Shown here: piece after piece, positions 31,133 to 40,648 of the stretch
Layout: every line of letters begins with the position of its first letter
Position numbering within the stretch: position 1 is the stretch's first letter
NCBI GenBank assembly: GCA_001784175.1
Contig: MFPR01000004.1
Location: 62,001-126,000 of the forward strand
Source of the DNA: Candidatus Lindowbacteria bacterium RIFCSPLOWO2_12_FULL_62_27
Lineage (GTDB): Bacteria; Lindowbacteria; 2-12-FULL-62-27
Length of the DNA: 64,000 nt
Direction: 5' to 3'
Notes under the pieces: model-generated
What the model was told of the DNA's origin: nothing
Seen by the model: the letters and a program-made list of their open reading frames with translations, nothing else
The model's database searches: none
Program-made: the position numbers and the translations under genes

Positions 31133-34100
31133 TTATCGGGTGAGGGCGGATTCGTTGGATTTCAGAAAAAAAACGGAATAGGGGCCCAGCAAAAGTTCCA
31201 GTTTCCGGCGAAGCGCTCCCGACGGCCGGCAGCTCCAGCCCACCCGGTACTCATACGAGACGCCCCCTTCGGACATTTCAACGTGCACCGGGCGGTCTCC
31301 CAAGTGATCTTTCAGAATCTCCTTGAGCTTTTTCATGGTGTCCATTCCAACGCTTTCATCAAGTTTGAGCCAGATCGATTCGTACAGCCTCTCCGGATTG
31401 TCGGTCTCGACCACCTGATCGGCCAAAAGTGTAACAGACGCGCCTTTCTTTTCAAGACGGCCTTGAATCAAGAGCGGCGCGCCGGGCGCAAGAAGCGGTT
31501 TGGCCTTGACGTAAATGTCATGAAAGAACACCACGTCCACGCTGCCCGTGCCGTCCTCGATCTTCGCAAATCCCATCTCCCGGCCCGCACGGTCCACATG
31601 CGGGCGCACCGACACGACCAGTCCCGCCACCGTCACGGCGCGGTTCGCCGGTTCTCCGGGATGCGAGGCTGACTGGCGCTGGAGCGCGTCGGTCAGTTCG
31701 GCGAGGGCGCCAGTGCAGAATTCCGATACCAGGTCTTTCATCTCCTCCAGCGGCGATCCGGTGGCGAAGAATCCGAGAGATTCGTGTTCGAGAAACAGCA
31801 GGCGCCGGGCGGCGCCGGCGTCCCCTTCGGGCGCCGGAGACGCTTCCACGGGCGGGGACATCGCTTCAAACAGTTCCGTCTGAAATCCGCCGGGCGAAGA
31901 CGATTTCTTGAACCTCGACATCCATTGCGGCAGACTCCCCAGAAGATCCATGCGGCTGCCGGCCAGACTGTCCAGCGCGCCGGACTTGCACAGCATCTCG
32001 AGCGTCTGATGCTGCGCCAAGCCCGCAACTTTCATCAACAGGTCCGGGATGTCGGCGAAGGGCCGCATCCGGAGAATGTCCGCTGCCGCGTCGCCCGATA
32101 CATGGCGGACCGTCCTCAAGCCGAGCCGGATCTGCCGGCCATCCGGGTCCGGCATGCAGTCGGCGCCGCAGCTCTGGATATCGGGCGGCAGAACACGTAT
32201 GCCGAGACGGCGCGCCTCGGAGAAAATATCGCTCAGTTGTTTTCGGTCCTCAAGATGCACATTGGCCGACGCGGCCAGAAAAGCGGCGGGATGACGGGTT
32301 TTCAACCAGGCGGCCCGACAGCAAAGCGTGGCATAAGAAACCGCGTGCGCCTTGTTGAACGAGAATCCCCCGTCGTGGGCGATCTGATGGACCAGCGACG
32401 CGGCGTCGCTCTCGGCCATGCCCGTCTTCCGGAGCGCTTCTTCAAACCGCCGGCCGGCGGATTGCATGAGATCCGCCTTCTTTTTCGAGATGGCCAGCCG
32501 GAAGTCGTCGGCCTCGACGGCGGTCAGGCCCGCGCGGCGGGCGCAGGCCAGAACTTGTTCCTGGTAGAGAACCAGACCGAACGTTTCTTTCAGGATGGAT
32601 TCGAACAACGGGTGCGGCGGCCGGCTCTCCATCCGGCCGTGCTTTCGCTCAACATAGTTTCTCGGCAAATCCGATTCCAGCGGGCCCGGCCGGAACAGCG
32701 CCAGAACGGCGGCCAGCGTCTCGATCGAGTCCGGCGCCACATCCCTCAGCATCTGGCGCATCCCCGGACTCTCAAGCTGGAAAATCCCGGCGGTTTCGCC
32801 ACGCGACAAACTCGCGTAGACTTGAGGATCGTCCAATGGGATGGATCGCAATTCCAGATCGGCAATCCCCGCGATCTTCAACCAGCGCACGGTCTCCGAC
32901 AGAACGGAAAGAATCTTCAACGGAAGAATGTCCAGTTTCGGAATGCCCATCCAGTCCAGATCCTCCGAATCGTACTGCAGCCACGTCTGGCCCTCCAAAG
33001 ACGCGTAGAGCGGAAGAAACGCCTCGAACGATTTCGGCACCATCATAAGCGCGGTGGGATGAACGTGGGGTGCGCGCGGGAGCGGCGCGATCAGGTTGAT
33101 CAGCGGCGCCAGCTCCTTCCAGGGCGGCTTGTCGTCCGGGTCCAGCCGCGCGGCGCCGGCGGCCAAGCTCTGCAGCTTTTCGTCAACGTCACGGTAGGAC
33201 AGCCCGCGGGCCCTCGACACTTCCCGGACGGCGGTTTTCAAACCGATTCCGACGATCGTGCCGGCCTGGAACACCCGGCGGGAAGGATTCAGGTCATGAA
33301 GAATTTGAATCACGGCCTCCCGCCGCGTAAAATCGACGTCCAGATCCACGTCCGGCAGGGTCCGCCGGGACGGGGACAGAAAACGCTCGAAGGACAGGCC
33401 GTACACCATCGGATCGATTTCCGTGATGTCCAGAAGACGCGCGACCAAGGACCCCGCCGACGATCCGCGGCCGGGGCCGACCGCGATCCCCTGACGCTTC
33501 GATTCGGATACCAGCTCGTGAATCATCATGAAATATTCCGCCATGCCGGCCGCTTCCAGTTCCTTCAGCTCCTGCTCGATTCGGGATTGGATTTCCGCCG
33601 GCGCATTTCCCCGGCGCTGTTCGACCGACCGAAACACGGCCAATCGCATTCGCTCGGCCGCGTCTTCGCGCTCGGCGCCCGTCCCCGGACGAATGTCAGC
33701 GGGCCGGATCGAACAGCGCTTCGCAATCGACACGGCTGTGTCGAACACTTCCGGCAAGTCCTTCCCAAAATTCTTCTTCCACTCGGATTCCGTCAGGAGA
33801 CCATAGGCCGGTTTCAGAAACCGTTCCCGGCGCGGATCCGTCGGCAGCTTGCGCGACCGCAGGTCCATCGCCTGCTGGTGGGCTTCGGCGTCGGCCGCGT
33901 TGAGATAATGAACGTCGTTGGTGGCCACGATCCCGAGCCGGCGGCGGCGCGCGAGCGCGACAAGTTTTTCCAGGAGCGGCTCCTCTTTCTGATCGAGACC
34001 GTGCCGCTGGACCTCCACAAAAACCCGGTCCCGGCCGAACACCTCCTCATAATATCCGACCAGCCGTTCCGCCTCCGCGTCGTCCGGCTTGAGCAGCAGC

Positions 34101-34531
34101 TCCGACAGCGCGGAATGAATGCACCCCGTCAGGACGATCAACCCGCCGGCGTTCGCGGACAGAAGTTCGCGGTCCACCCTCGGACGATGATGAAACCCTT
34201 CGGTGTAGCCAAGCGTTGACAGCTTCACGAGATGGCCATATCCCTCCACTGTCTCCGCCAGAACCGTCAGGTGATGCCCGACCGGCCTGAGATCCGGCGA
34301 ATGGTCGGTTCGCGTGGTGGGCGAAACGTACATCTCGCACCCAACGATCGCCTGGAGGCCCGCCCGTTCCGCGGCCCTGAGAAACTTCGGAATCCCGAAC
34401 ATCCCGCCGTGATCCGTCAGCGCGATGGCCGAATATCCCAGCTCTTTCGCCCGGCTCACCAACTCGTCGGGCGACGCCAGCGCGTCGAGAAAACTGAAAT
34501 GACTGTGCGCATGCAGCTCGATCAGCTTCAT
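31133..34531 (-). CDS. dnaE: DNA polymerase III alpha subunit
   Basis: PHP HAHSHFS...TDH...GCE; GRGS, PDVDLD, FQLES, FNKAHA; OB fold. Confidence 0.95.
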   Translation of the reverse strand: MKLIELHAHSHFSFLDALASPDELVSRAKELGYSAIALTDHGGMFGIPKFLRAAERAGLQAIVGCEMYVSPTTRTDHSPDLRPVGHHLTVLAETVEGYGHLVKLSTLGYTEGFHHRPRVDRELLSANAGGLIVLTGCIHSALSELLLKPDDAEAERLVGYYEEVFGRDRVFVEVQRHGLDQKEEPLLEKLVALARRRRLGIVATNDVHYLNAADAEAHQQAMDLRSRKLPTDPRRERFLKPAYGLLTESEWKKNFGKDLPEVFDTAVSIAKRCSIRPADIRPGTGAEREDAAERMRLAVFRSVEQRRGNAPAEIQSRIEQELKELEAAGMAEYFMMIHELVSESKRQGIAVGPGRGSSAGSLVARLLDITEIDPMVYGLSFERFLSPSRRTLPDVDLDVDFTRREAVIQILHDLNPSRRVFQAGTIVGIGLKTAVREVSRARGLSYRDVDEKLQSLAAGAARLDPDDKPPWKELAPLINLIAPLPRAPHVHPTALMMVPKSFEAFLPLYASLEGQTWLQYDSEDLDWMGIPKLDILPLKILSVLSETVRWLKIAGIADLELRSIPLDDPQVYASLSRGETAGIFQLESPGMRQMLRDVAPDSIETLAAVLALFRPGPLESDLPRNYVERKHGRMESRPPHPLFESILKETFGLVLYQEQVLACARRAGLTAVEADDFRLAISKKKADLMQSAGRRFEEALRKTGMAESDAASLVHQIAHDGGFSFNKAHAVSYATLCCRAAWLKTRHPAAFLAASANVHLEDRKQLSDIFSEARRLGIRVLPPDIQSCGADCMPDPDGRQIRLGLRTVRHVSGDAAADILRMRPFADIPDLLMKVAGLAQHQTLEMLCKSGALDSLAGSRMDLLGSLPQWMSRFKKSSSPGGFQTELFEAMSPPVEASPAPEGDAGAARRLLFLEHESLGFFATGSPLEEMKDLVSEFCTGALAELTDALQRQSASHPGEPANRAVTVAGLVVSVRPHVDRAGREMGFAKIEDGTGSVDVVFFHDIYVKAKPLLAPGAPLLIQGRLEKKGASVTLLADQVVETDNPERLYESIWLKLDESVGMDTMKKLKEILKDHLGDRPVHVEMSEGGVSYEYRVGWSCRPSGALRRKLELLLGPYSVFFLKSNESALTR

Positions 34532-34537
34532 GGGGAG

Positions 34538-34565
34538 ATTGTAGGTTAGTCGGAAAAAGTTGCAA
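34538..34565 (-). promoter_or_regulatory. Sigma70 promoter for probable leaderless dnaE mRNA
   Basis: TTGCAA-16-TACAAT-6-ATG; no SD sequence. Confidence 0.55.
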
Positions 34566-34583
34566 GCGGGGTCTATCCGCCCT

Positions 34584-34937
34584 TCACCGACGCCCTGCGT
34601 TCCGAATCGTCGTCGCGCGATGCTCATAAAAACCGGCCTCTAAAGACCGCCCCCTCTTATTGTAAAGCCGCCCTATCTTTTCGCACGTCAACGCCACATT
34701 CGAATCGTTCGGACCCAGGGCTTTCTCGAAAATGTCGAGCGCGCGCCGGAGGGCGGTTTCCGCTTCGGCGAATCGGCCCACGGTTGTGAAAAGCACGCCG
34801 AGATTGTACAGGTCGCCGCCCACCAAAGGATGGTCCGGACCCCGGCTTTTTTCCTGGATGGCCAGCGAGCGCTTGTACAATTTTTCCGCGTCCTCATCCG
34901 CAAAATAGTCAGCGAACCAATGACGGCCATCTGCCGT
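34584..34937 (-). pseudogene. 5'-truncated TPR (kinesin-light-chain-like) protein remnant
   Basis: AEKLYKRSLAIQEK..GPDHP..LYNLG repeats; an in-frame stop lies shortly upstream; C-terminus resembles that of 35354-37450. Confidence 0.6.
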
Positions 34938-35159
34938 TCATGGATGGATTAGAGCCGCGTTTATTGATACTACTTGACTATGAAATCGGAATTCGGCATG
35001 AGTCCGGAGCTGGAATCCGCGCCGAAGGAGGCGCTTAAGGGGTTGCGTCTCCGTCGAATGGTCGTAACGCCGGCCATCCGCCTTTTTAACGTACTGGAGC
35101 ATGGCCGCAGATTTATTCAAGGAACGGGTCAGAACATGTGAAAAAATTGAAGAAAAAAC

Positions 35160-35296
35160 GTAACTGTTCAGGTACCCCCCTCTCCCGCCCTTGGCGGGAG
35201 AGGGTCAGGGTGAGGGTGGCAATATTTGCCTGACGACGCCTGACCCCCCTCACCTCAATCCTCTCCCCCCTGCGGGGAGAGGAGGTGAATAGTTAC
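35160..35296. mobile_element. 137-bp MITE with 11-bp TIRs and 8-bp target-site duplication
   Basis: GTAACTGTTCA...TGAATAGTTAC (10/11 inverted match); GAAAAAAC on both flanks (35152-35159, 35297-35304); two internal GC hairpins. Confidence 0.85.
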
Positions 35297-35353
35297 GAAA
35301 AAACCGTTTTGTCCACGAAGGAGCACGAATCTTTGGAATCGTTTCTCATTCCC

Positions 35354-37450
35354 ATGAAGAGATATTCCTGCTCATTCGTGACAGGCTGTTTGTTTTTCGT
35401 TTTCTTGTTTTATCCGATTTCGGCTTCGGCAATTTTGGTGTTCAGGGAGGATTTCGATACACCCACGGCTCTCATCAACGAGAATTATGATACGCGGTAT
35501 TCAGAATCTCAGATACAGAATGGAAATCTGGTTTTGTTCTATGTGACCGCGACCAACAGCGAGCCATCCGGTGTCGAATGCAGATTGCCCTCCGTGGGCA
35601 AATCGCCGGACGTACGAAGAATCGTTTTGCACTTCGGTGAGAGCGGTTCTGAGATGTCAAATTCCCTTTTCATTTCTTATGCCATAGGTCCCGGTCGTGG
35701 CCTGTCCTTGGTCCCTTTCCCTTACGGAAAGCTGTCGAATATTCGATCCGGGCCCAGAACGGGTTATATCCTCCGGTTCCTTCGGCACGGAGATGGAACC
35801 AACGAAATGGAAATTTATAGAAATGACACGGGATGGGTTGATAAATTGAAAAACGTCTGGATTCCATCCAATCCTGTCAAGACACTCCGGCGGGTGGAAA
35901 TCACACATCGCAAAAGCGGTGACCATACCATCACCACTTCATTTGATACGGGTTCCCGTTATGAATATACGGTCGGCTTCCATGACGATGCCTATCCGCC
36001 CGGGGACATTCAGAGGGGCCTACAGGTCACAGGGAAGGCGCACTCGGGCATTGCCGCCGCGGGGGAGGTGCGACTTCAGACAGACACTTGGACCGTTGAA
36101 GATGAGTACATATCGACGGAGCCGTCGGGGAATACACGTTTGAAGAAGAATCGGATGCCCAAGGAAGAACCGGGAAACGAAAATACGCCATCCAACCTTG
36201 GACAGAAGAAATATGACTCGGCGAGCAGTCTTGCAAGCGCATTTGCCGAGGCCCGGGTGCTGTTTGAAAAATCTGACAGTCTTGCCGCCAGAGCCATCGT
36301 CCTGGATATACTTTCGATGGATTCCGCGCATGCCGATGCGCTCGAATTATTGGGGATGATAGAAATGGCGTCACAGAAATACTCTTCCGCCAACAATTGT
36401 CTGTCTCGGGCGCTGGCCCTGCGTCAGGCCGTATTGGGTCGGGCCCACCCCAAAGCAGCCGACAGCATGGATCGGCTGGCCCAACTTTATGAAAGCTGCT
36501 CAAAAGATCCAGCGGATGTTGAACGACTCTATGAAGATGCGTGGCGGATACGAGCGCAGGCCTACGGAGTGGAGGATCCCCGGGTTGTCATCAGTCTGAA
36601 AGAACTCGCAAACTTGTACATATCCCAGGGCAAAAATACGGAGGCCCGGAAATTGCTTAATACGGCCGTGCGCATATTGGAAACGGCTCATGGTCCACAT
36701 CACATTGACATCGCCGACAATCTGAATCTTCTTGCCAGGACATATCGGGTTTACGGACATTTCAGTGCGGCGGAGAAATTATATCTTCGGGAGCTGGCGA
36801 TTAAAGAAAAATATTATGGGCCCGATCATCCTGTCGTCCAGGCCTGTGTGTACAATTTGTCGTATTTCTACATGGCATTTGCTCAATATGCGAAGGCAGA
36901 ACCGTTCGAACAGCGGTTATTGGGCATGCTGGAGAAGACGCTGGATTTTGGGCACCCGGAAATCGGCGGACGTTTTTATAATCTTGGCTTCATCGCGTCA
37001 TCCAAGGGTCAATACCCGGAAGCCGAAAACTATTACAGGAAGGCTCTGGCCATCCGTGAAAAGGCCTTGGGTCCCGGTCATACGTTCACAGCCACAACAT
37101 TAAGTAATTTGGCGTATGTTCTATCCATGCTGAAACGGTACGACGAAGCGGCACGGATGTATCGACGCGCTATAGGAATTACGGAAAAAGAAATGGGCAT
37201 GGATCATCCGCATTTGTCCGATTACCTGAACAATTTGGGAGTCATCTACATCGAACAGAGCAGATTTGGAGACGCCGAACCATTGTTGAAAAGAGCGTTG
37301 GTCATTAAAGAAAAAACGGCCGGTAAAGAAAGCCCTGAGTTGAATGGTATTTTGGGCCACCTGTCCATGCTTTGCAGAAAAACCGGCCGCCCGATGGAGG
37401 CCGATTTTTACGCGCATCGCGTTCAGGAAATCAAAAATGGCGGACCGTAG
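35354..37450 (+). CDS. Secreted protein: signal peptide, beta-rich N-terminal domain, kinesin-light-chain-like TPR array
   Basis: MKRY + hydrophobic core + ASA; many L..AL.I.EK..G..HP...LNNL repeats; visibly lower GC. Confidence 0.85.
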   Translation: MKRYSCSFVTGCLFFVFLFYPISASAILVFREDFDTPTALINENYDTRYSESQIQNGNLVLFYVTATNSEPSGVECRLPSVGKSPDVRRIVLHFGESGSEMSNSLFISYAIGPGRGLSLVPFPYGKLSNIRSGPRTGYILRFLRHGDGTNEMEIYRNDTGWVDKLKNVWIPSNPVKTLRRVEITHRKSGDHTITTSFDTGSRYEYTVGFHDDAYPPGDIQRGLQVTGKAHSGIAAAGEVRLQTDTWTVEDEYISTEPSGNTRLKKNRMPKEEPGNENTPSNLGQKKYDSASSLASAFAEARVLFEKSDSLAARAIVLDILSMDSAHADALELLGMIEMASQKYSSANNCLSRALALRQAVLGRAHPKAADSMDRLAQLYESCSKDPADVERLYEDAWRIRAQAYGVEDPRVVISLKELANLYISQGKNTEARKLLNTAVRILETAHGPHHIDIADNLNLLARTYRVYGHFSAAEKLYLRELAIKEKYYGPDHPVVQACVYNLSYFYMAFAQYAKAEPFEQRLLGMLEKTLDFGHPEIGGRFYNLGFIASSKGQYPEAENYYRKALAIREKALGPGHTFTATTLSNLAYVLSMLKRYDEAARMYRRAIGITEKEMGMDHPHLSDYLNNLGVIYIEQSRFGDAEPLLKRALVIKEKTAGKESPELNGILGHLSMLCRKTGRPMEADFYAHRVQEIKNGGP

Positions 37451-37479
37451 TCCGGCCACCCTCGACCCTGAACAAAAAG

Positions 37480-37508
37480 TTGCAAGTAAGACCCATCAGG
37501 GATACAGT
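37480..37508 (+). promoter_or_regulatory. Sigma70 promoter of rnpB
   Basis: TTGCAA-17-TACAGT just upstream of the P1 helix. Confidence 0.6.
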
Positions 37509-37512
37509 TGGG

Positions 37513-37916
37513 GTGCGGGGGTGTTCAGGGCGTCGCTCCTTTCGCTTTGGGCGGAGGGAGAGGAAAGTCCGAGCGCCGCGTGGCCCCGTCCGATGGCGGG
37601 GTGGATGGTCGCTAACGGCGACCGGTCGAGTGGGAGGTCAATCGGGCTAAACCCGAAAGACTTCAAACGAAGATCAGGGAAAGTGCCACAGAAATCAAAC
37701 CGCTCTCCGGAGTTCCGCGGCGCCTCAACGGGCGACGCGGAGGGGAGCAAGGGTGAAACGGGGAGGTAAGAGCTCACCGCCCTGATGGTGACATCGGGGG
37801 CACGGCAAACCCCATCCGGCGCAAGACCCTCTTTGGGTCGCTCGAATCCGCCCGTAAGGGCGGATCCAGAGAAATGACGTCCCACGACAGAACTCGGCTT
37901 ACGAACACCCCCGCAC
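37513..37916 (+). ncRNA. rnpB: RNase P RNA
   Basis: GAGGAAAGTCC, AGTGCCACAGAAA, GGGTGAAAC, GGCAAACCC, ACAGAACTCGGCTTA; P1 gtgcgggggtgttc/gaacacccccgcac. Confidence 0.96.
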
Positions 37917-37917
37917 T

Positions 37918-38580
37918 TTATCTCCCGCCGCGCACCCGCTTGATCGCTTTCTCATAGTCCGCATTCCCAAAAACGGCGCTGCCCGCCACCAACAGCGTGA
38001 CGCCGGACCGGCGGGCCATCCGGGCCGTGCGCTCGTCGATCCCGCCGTCCACGGAGAGGATCATGTCCGGACGGTGCTTCGAGATCCAGACATGCGCCAT
38101 ACGGAGTTTGGGCAGAACATCGGTGATAAATTTCTGGCCGCCGAATCCCGGATGGACGGTCATGCAAAGCAGTAGATCAAAATGATTCAAATAGGGAACA
38201 ACCCGCGAAAAGGGCGTTTCGGGATTGATCGCGACGCCCGGCCGCGCGCCCATCGACCGGATGGCCCGGGCCACCGCCGGCAGACGCCGGCCGCAGGCTT
38301 CGACATGGACGGTCAGCCAGTCCGCGCCGGCTTTCGCAAAGGCCTCCAGATATTTTTGCGGATGGGTCATCATGAGGTGAACATCGAACGGCAGTGAACT
38401 GGCGCCGCGCACGGAGCGGATCACGGGCGGGCCGAGGGTCAGATTCGGAACGAAATGGGCGTCCATCACGTCCACATGGATGACATCGGCGCCGGCCCGG
38501 GTCACGGCGCGGATTTCGGCGCCCAGCCGAGAAAAATCCGCCGACAAAATCGACGGAGCCACCCGCACGCGCCGGTTCAT
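37918..38580 (-). CDS. rpe: Ribulose-phosphate 3-epimerase
   Basis: APSILSADF, HVDVMD.HFVPN, MTVHPGFGGQ, VDGGI. Confidence 0.97.
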   Translation of the reverse strand: MNRRVRVAPSILSADFSRLGAEIRAVTRAGADVIHVDVMDAHFVPNLTLGPPVIRSVRGASSLPFDVHLMMTHPQKYLEAFAKAGADWLTVHVEACGRRLPAVARAIRSMGARPGVAINPETPFSRVVPYLNHFDLLLCMTVHPGFGGQKFITDVLPKLRMAHVWISKHRPDMILSVDGGIDERTARMARRSGVTLLVAGSAVFGNADYEKAIKRVRGGR

Positions 38581-39014
38581 AGTTCGAGCAGGATGGTGAC
38601 CGGGCCCTCGTTCAGGAGTTCCACATTCATGAAGGCCGCGAATCGCCCGGTCTCGGTGCGGATGCCCTCCTGCCGCAGCGCCCCGACGTACTTCTCATAC
38701 AGCCGCTCGGCCAATTCCGGAGGCGCCGCGTCGGTGAACGCCGGCCGGTGGCCCTTATGGGTGTCGGCGTACAGCGTGAACTGCGAAATCACGAGGGCCT
38801 CGCCGGCCGCGTCTTTGAGGGAGATGTTCATTTTGTGGTTGTCGTCCGGAAAGATTCTAAGGGCGGCCGATTTTCTTGCGAGTGTTTCCGCTGTTTCCTC
38901 CGAGTCGGATTTTCCGACTCCCAGCAAAATCAAAAATCCCCGGCCGATTTTCCCGATGACCTCTTCATCCACACGGACGCTGGCCCGCGACACACGCTGA
39001 ATCAGCGCCCTCAT
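38577..39014 (-). CDS. dtd: D-aminoacyl-tRNA deacylase
   Basis: MRALIQRV, SQFTL, N.GPVT. Confidence 0.97.
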   Translation of the reverse strand: MRALIQRVSRASVRVDEEVIGKIGRGFLILLGVGKSDSEETAETLARKSAALRIFPDDNHKMNISLKDAAGEALVISQFTLYADTHKGHRPAFTDAAPPELAERLYEKYVGALRQEGIRTETGRFAAFMNVELLNEGPVTILLEL

Positions 39015-39027
39015 TCCGCTCCGCGGG

Positions 39028-40026
39028 TCACTTCGTCAAAAATTCCTTCCACTTGGCCTGCAGCGCTTTCATGTACTGCTCATCCAGACCGAACTTCTTG
39101 GCGATGGGGCATAACACCAGCTCCGTCTGGCCGCCTTCCTCCGCCAGGGCCTTGACGGTCCGGTCAAATTCGGTCACGGTCCGCTTGAACTCGTCCAGAC
39201 TGCCCTTCGCGTATTTGCCCAGCATGAGTTCCTTCAGGATCTGTTCCCGCATCGCGAAAGGCATCGTTTCCTCGATCAACGAAACCTCTGACCCCAGCCG
39301 GCTCAGGCCCAGATTCTGATGGTCGCTCAGGTGCCGGATCAGCGTCACGGATTTCTCCGCGATGGACAGGGCCGCCGCGCGGAAATCCGTGAAGGTATCG
39401 ATCCGGGGAATCTTGTAAGGCTTGAGGTCCATCGGGCTGAACGTCCGAAACCGGGTCGCGACGCTTTTTTCATACTTTTCCTTCACTGAATGCTGGCCTG
39501 CCATCCGACTGAGCGCGGCGGAGTCCTCCACGGCGTCCTTCCGCGTCAACAACTGGCTGAACGCCACTTCCACTTCCCGCCGGACCAGCTTGATATCCGA
39601 AAACGGCAGTTTCTTCTCGATGATCCTTTTTTCGGAAACGTGAACGGCCAGGACCTTCATGCATTCCTCGAGATACTGGTACTGATAGTCGTTGACGCGC
39701 TCGCGGATCATGTCGAACCGCTCGTTGAGGCTTCGAAGAAACTTGGACCCGAGCTCGCTCTGAAGCGTGAGCTTGGACATCATCTCCTTGCCGTTGTACA
39801 CGTCCATGGAGGCCGGCGTTTTCGCGATGACGCTGGCCACCCGGCTGCTGCCGAGGATGGGGCCGAGTCCTCCGACGAAACAGGTCGGTTTCACCTGGCC
39901 GATCAGGATGTCGCCTTTCAGAAGCAGGAGGGTTCCGACACGGAGAAAATAGATTTCGGTCGAGGCGTCCTTCTCGTGAAAGAGTTTCTCTCCCTTGTTC
40001 AGGCTCCGCGTCCGGACGTACTCCAT
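39028..40026 (-). CDS. cNMP-binding domain protein with helical C-terminus
   Basis: KGEKLFHE...IYFLRVG...FVGGLGPI...RVASV.A (degenerate phosphate-binding cassette). Confidence 0.7.
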   Translation of the reverse strand: MEYVRTRSLNKGEKLFHEKDASTEIYFLRVGTLLLLKGDILIGQVKPTCFVGGLGPILGSSRVASVIAKTPASMDVYNGKEMMSKLTLQSELGSKFLRSLNERFDMIRERVNDYQYQYLEECMKVLAVHVSEKRIIEKKLPFSDIKLVRREVEVAFSQLLTRKDAVEDSAALSRMAGQHSVKEKYEKSVATRFRTFSPMDLKPYKIPRIDTFTDFRAAALSIAEKSVTLIRHLSDHQNLGLSRLGSEVSLIEETMPFAMREQILKELMLGKYAKGSLDEFKRTVTEFDRTVKALAEEGGQTELVLCPIAKKFGLDEQYMKALQAKWKEFLTK

Positions 40027-40039
40027 GCCGACCCGCCCC

Positions 40040-40636
40040 CTACCGAAGCGCCTTCAAACGGCTCTCCGCCCGGTGGGCGCGCCACCGCTCGGCCTCGAGG
40101 ATGGTCTTCACCCGCTCCACGGCGGCGTCGATATCGTCGTTCAGGACGACATAGTCGTATTGCTGCGCCATCGAAATCTCCCGTTTGGCCGCCATGAGCC
40201 GCTTCTTGATCTCTTCGGCGCTGTCCGTGTGCCGCTCCCGGAGCCGGCGGGACAATTCCCGGAGGGTGGGGGGAATCAGAAAAATGTAGACGCCGTCCGG
40301 ATATTTCTTCTTGAGCTGGATCGCGCCCTGAACGTCGATGTCCAGGATGGGGAAATAGCCGAGAGAGATCTTGGCGTCCAGAAATTTTTTCGGCGTGCCG
40401 TACAAGTAGCCGTGGACGTTGGCCCACTCCGCCAGCTCATGTTTCCGGACCATTCGTTCGAAGGCGGGTTTGGAGACGAAAAAATAATCCCGGCCGTTCC
40501 GTTCCCCCGTCCGGGGCGGGCGGGTGCAGATGGAAACCGAATACGCCGCCTTGGGCATGTCCGCCAGAATCCGGTGCACCAGCGTCGTCTTGCCGCCGCC
40601 GGAGGGTGATGAAATCACTATGGGGTAACCACGCAT
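40040..40636 (-). CDS. gmk: Guanylate kinase
   Basis: SPSGGGKTT, TRPPR.GE.NGRDY, YGT, IDVQG. Confidence 0.96.
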   Translation of the reverse strand: MRGYPIVISSPSGGGKTTLVHRILADMPKAAYSVSICTRPPRTGERNGRDYFFVSKPAFERMVRKHELAEWANVHGYLYGTPKKFLDAKISLGYFPILDIDVQGAIQLKKKYPDGVYIFLIPPTLRELSRRLRERHTDSAEEIKKRLMAAKREISMAQQYDYVVLNDDIDAAVERVKTILEAERWRAHRAESRLKALR

Positions 40637-40648
40637 GACTGCCTCCTG

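Noticed and set aside
31133-34531. Inteins in dnaE (and in sufB)
   Set aside because: Normal protein lengths and no intein splice or endonuclease motifs seen.
34938-35120. 60-aa ORF upstream of the TPR remnant
   Set aside because: No RBS or recognisable motif; probably degraded sequence.
37344-37885. Short ORFs on both strands between the TPR gene and rpe
   Set aside because: The region is explained by rnpB.
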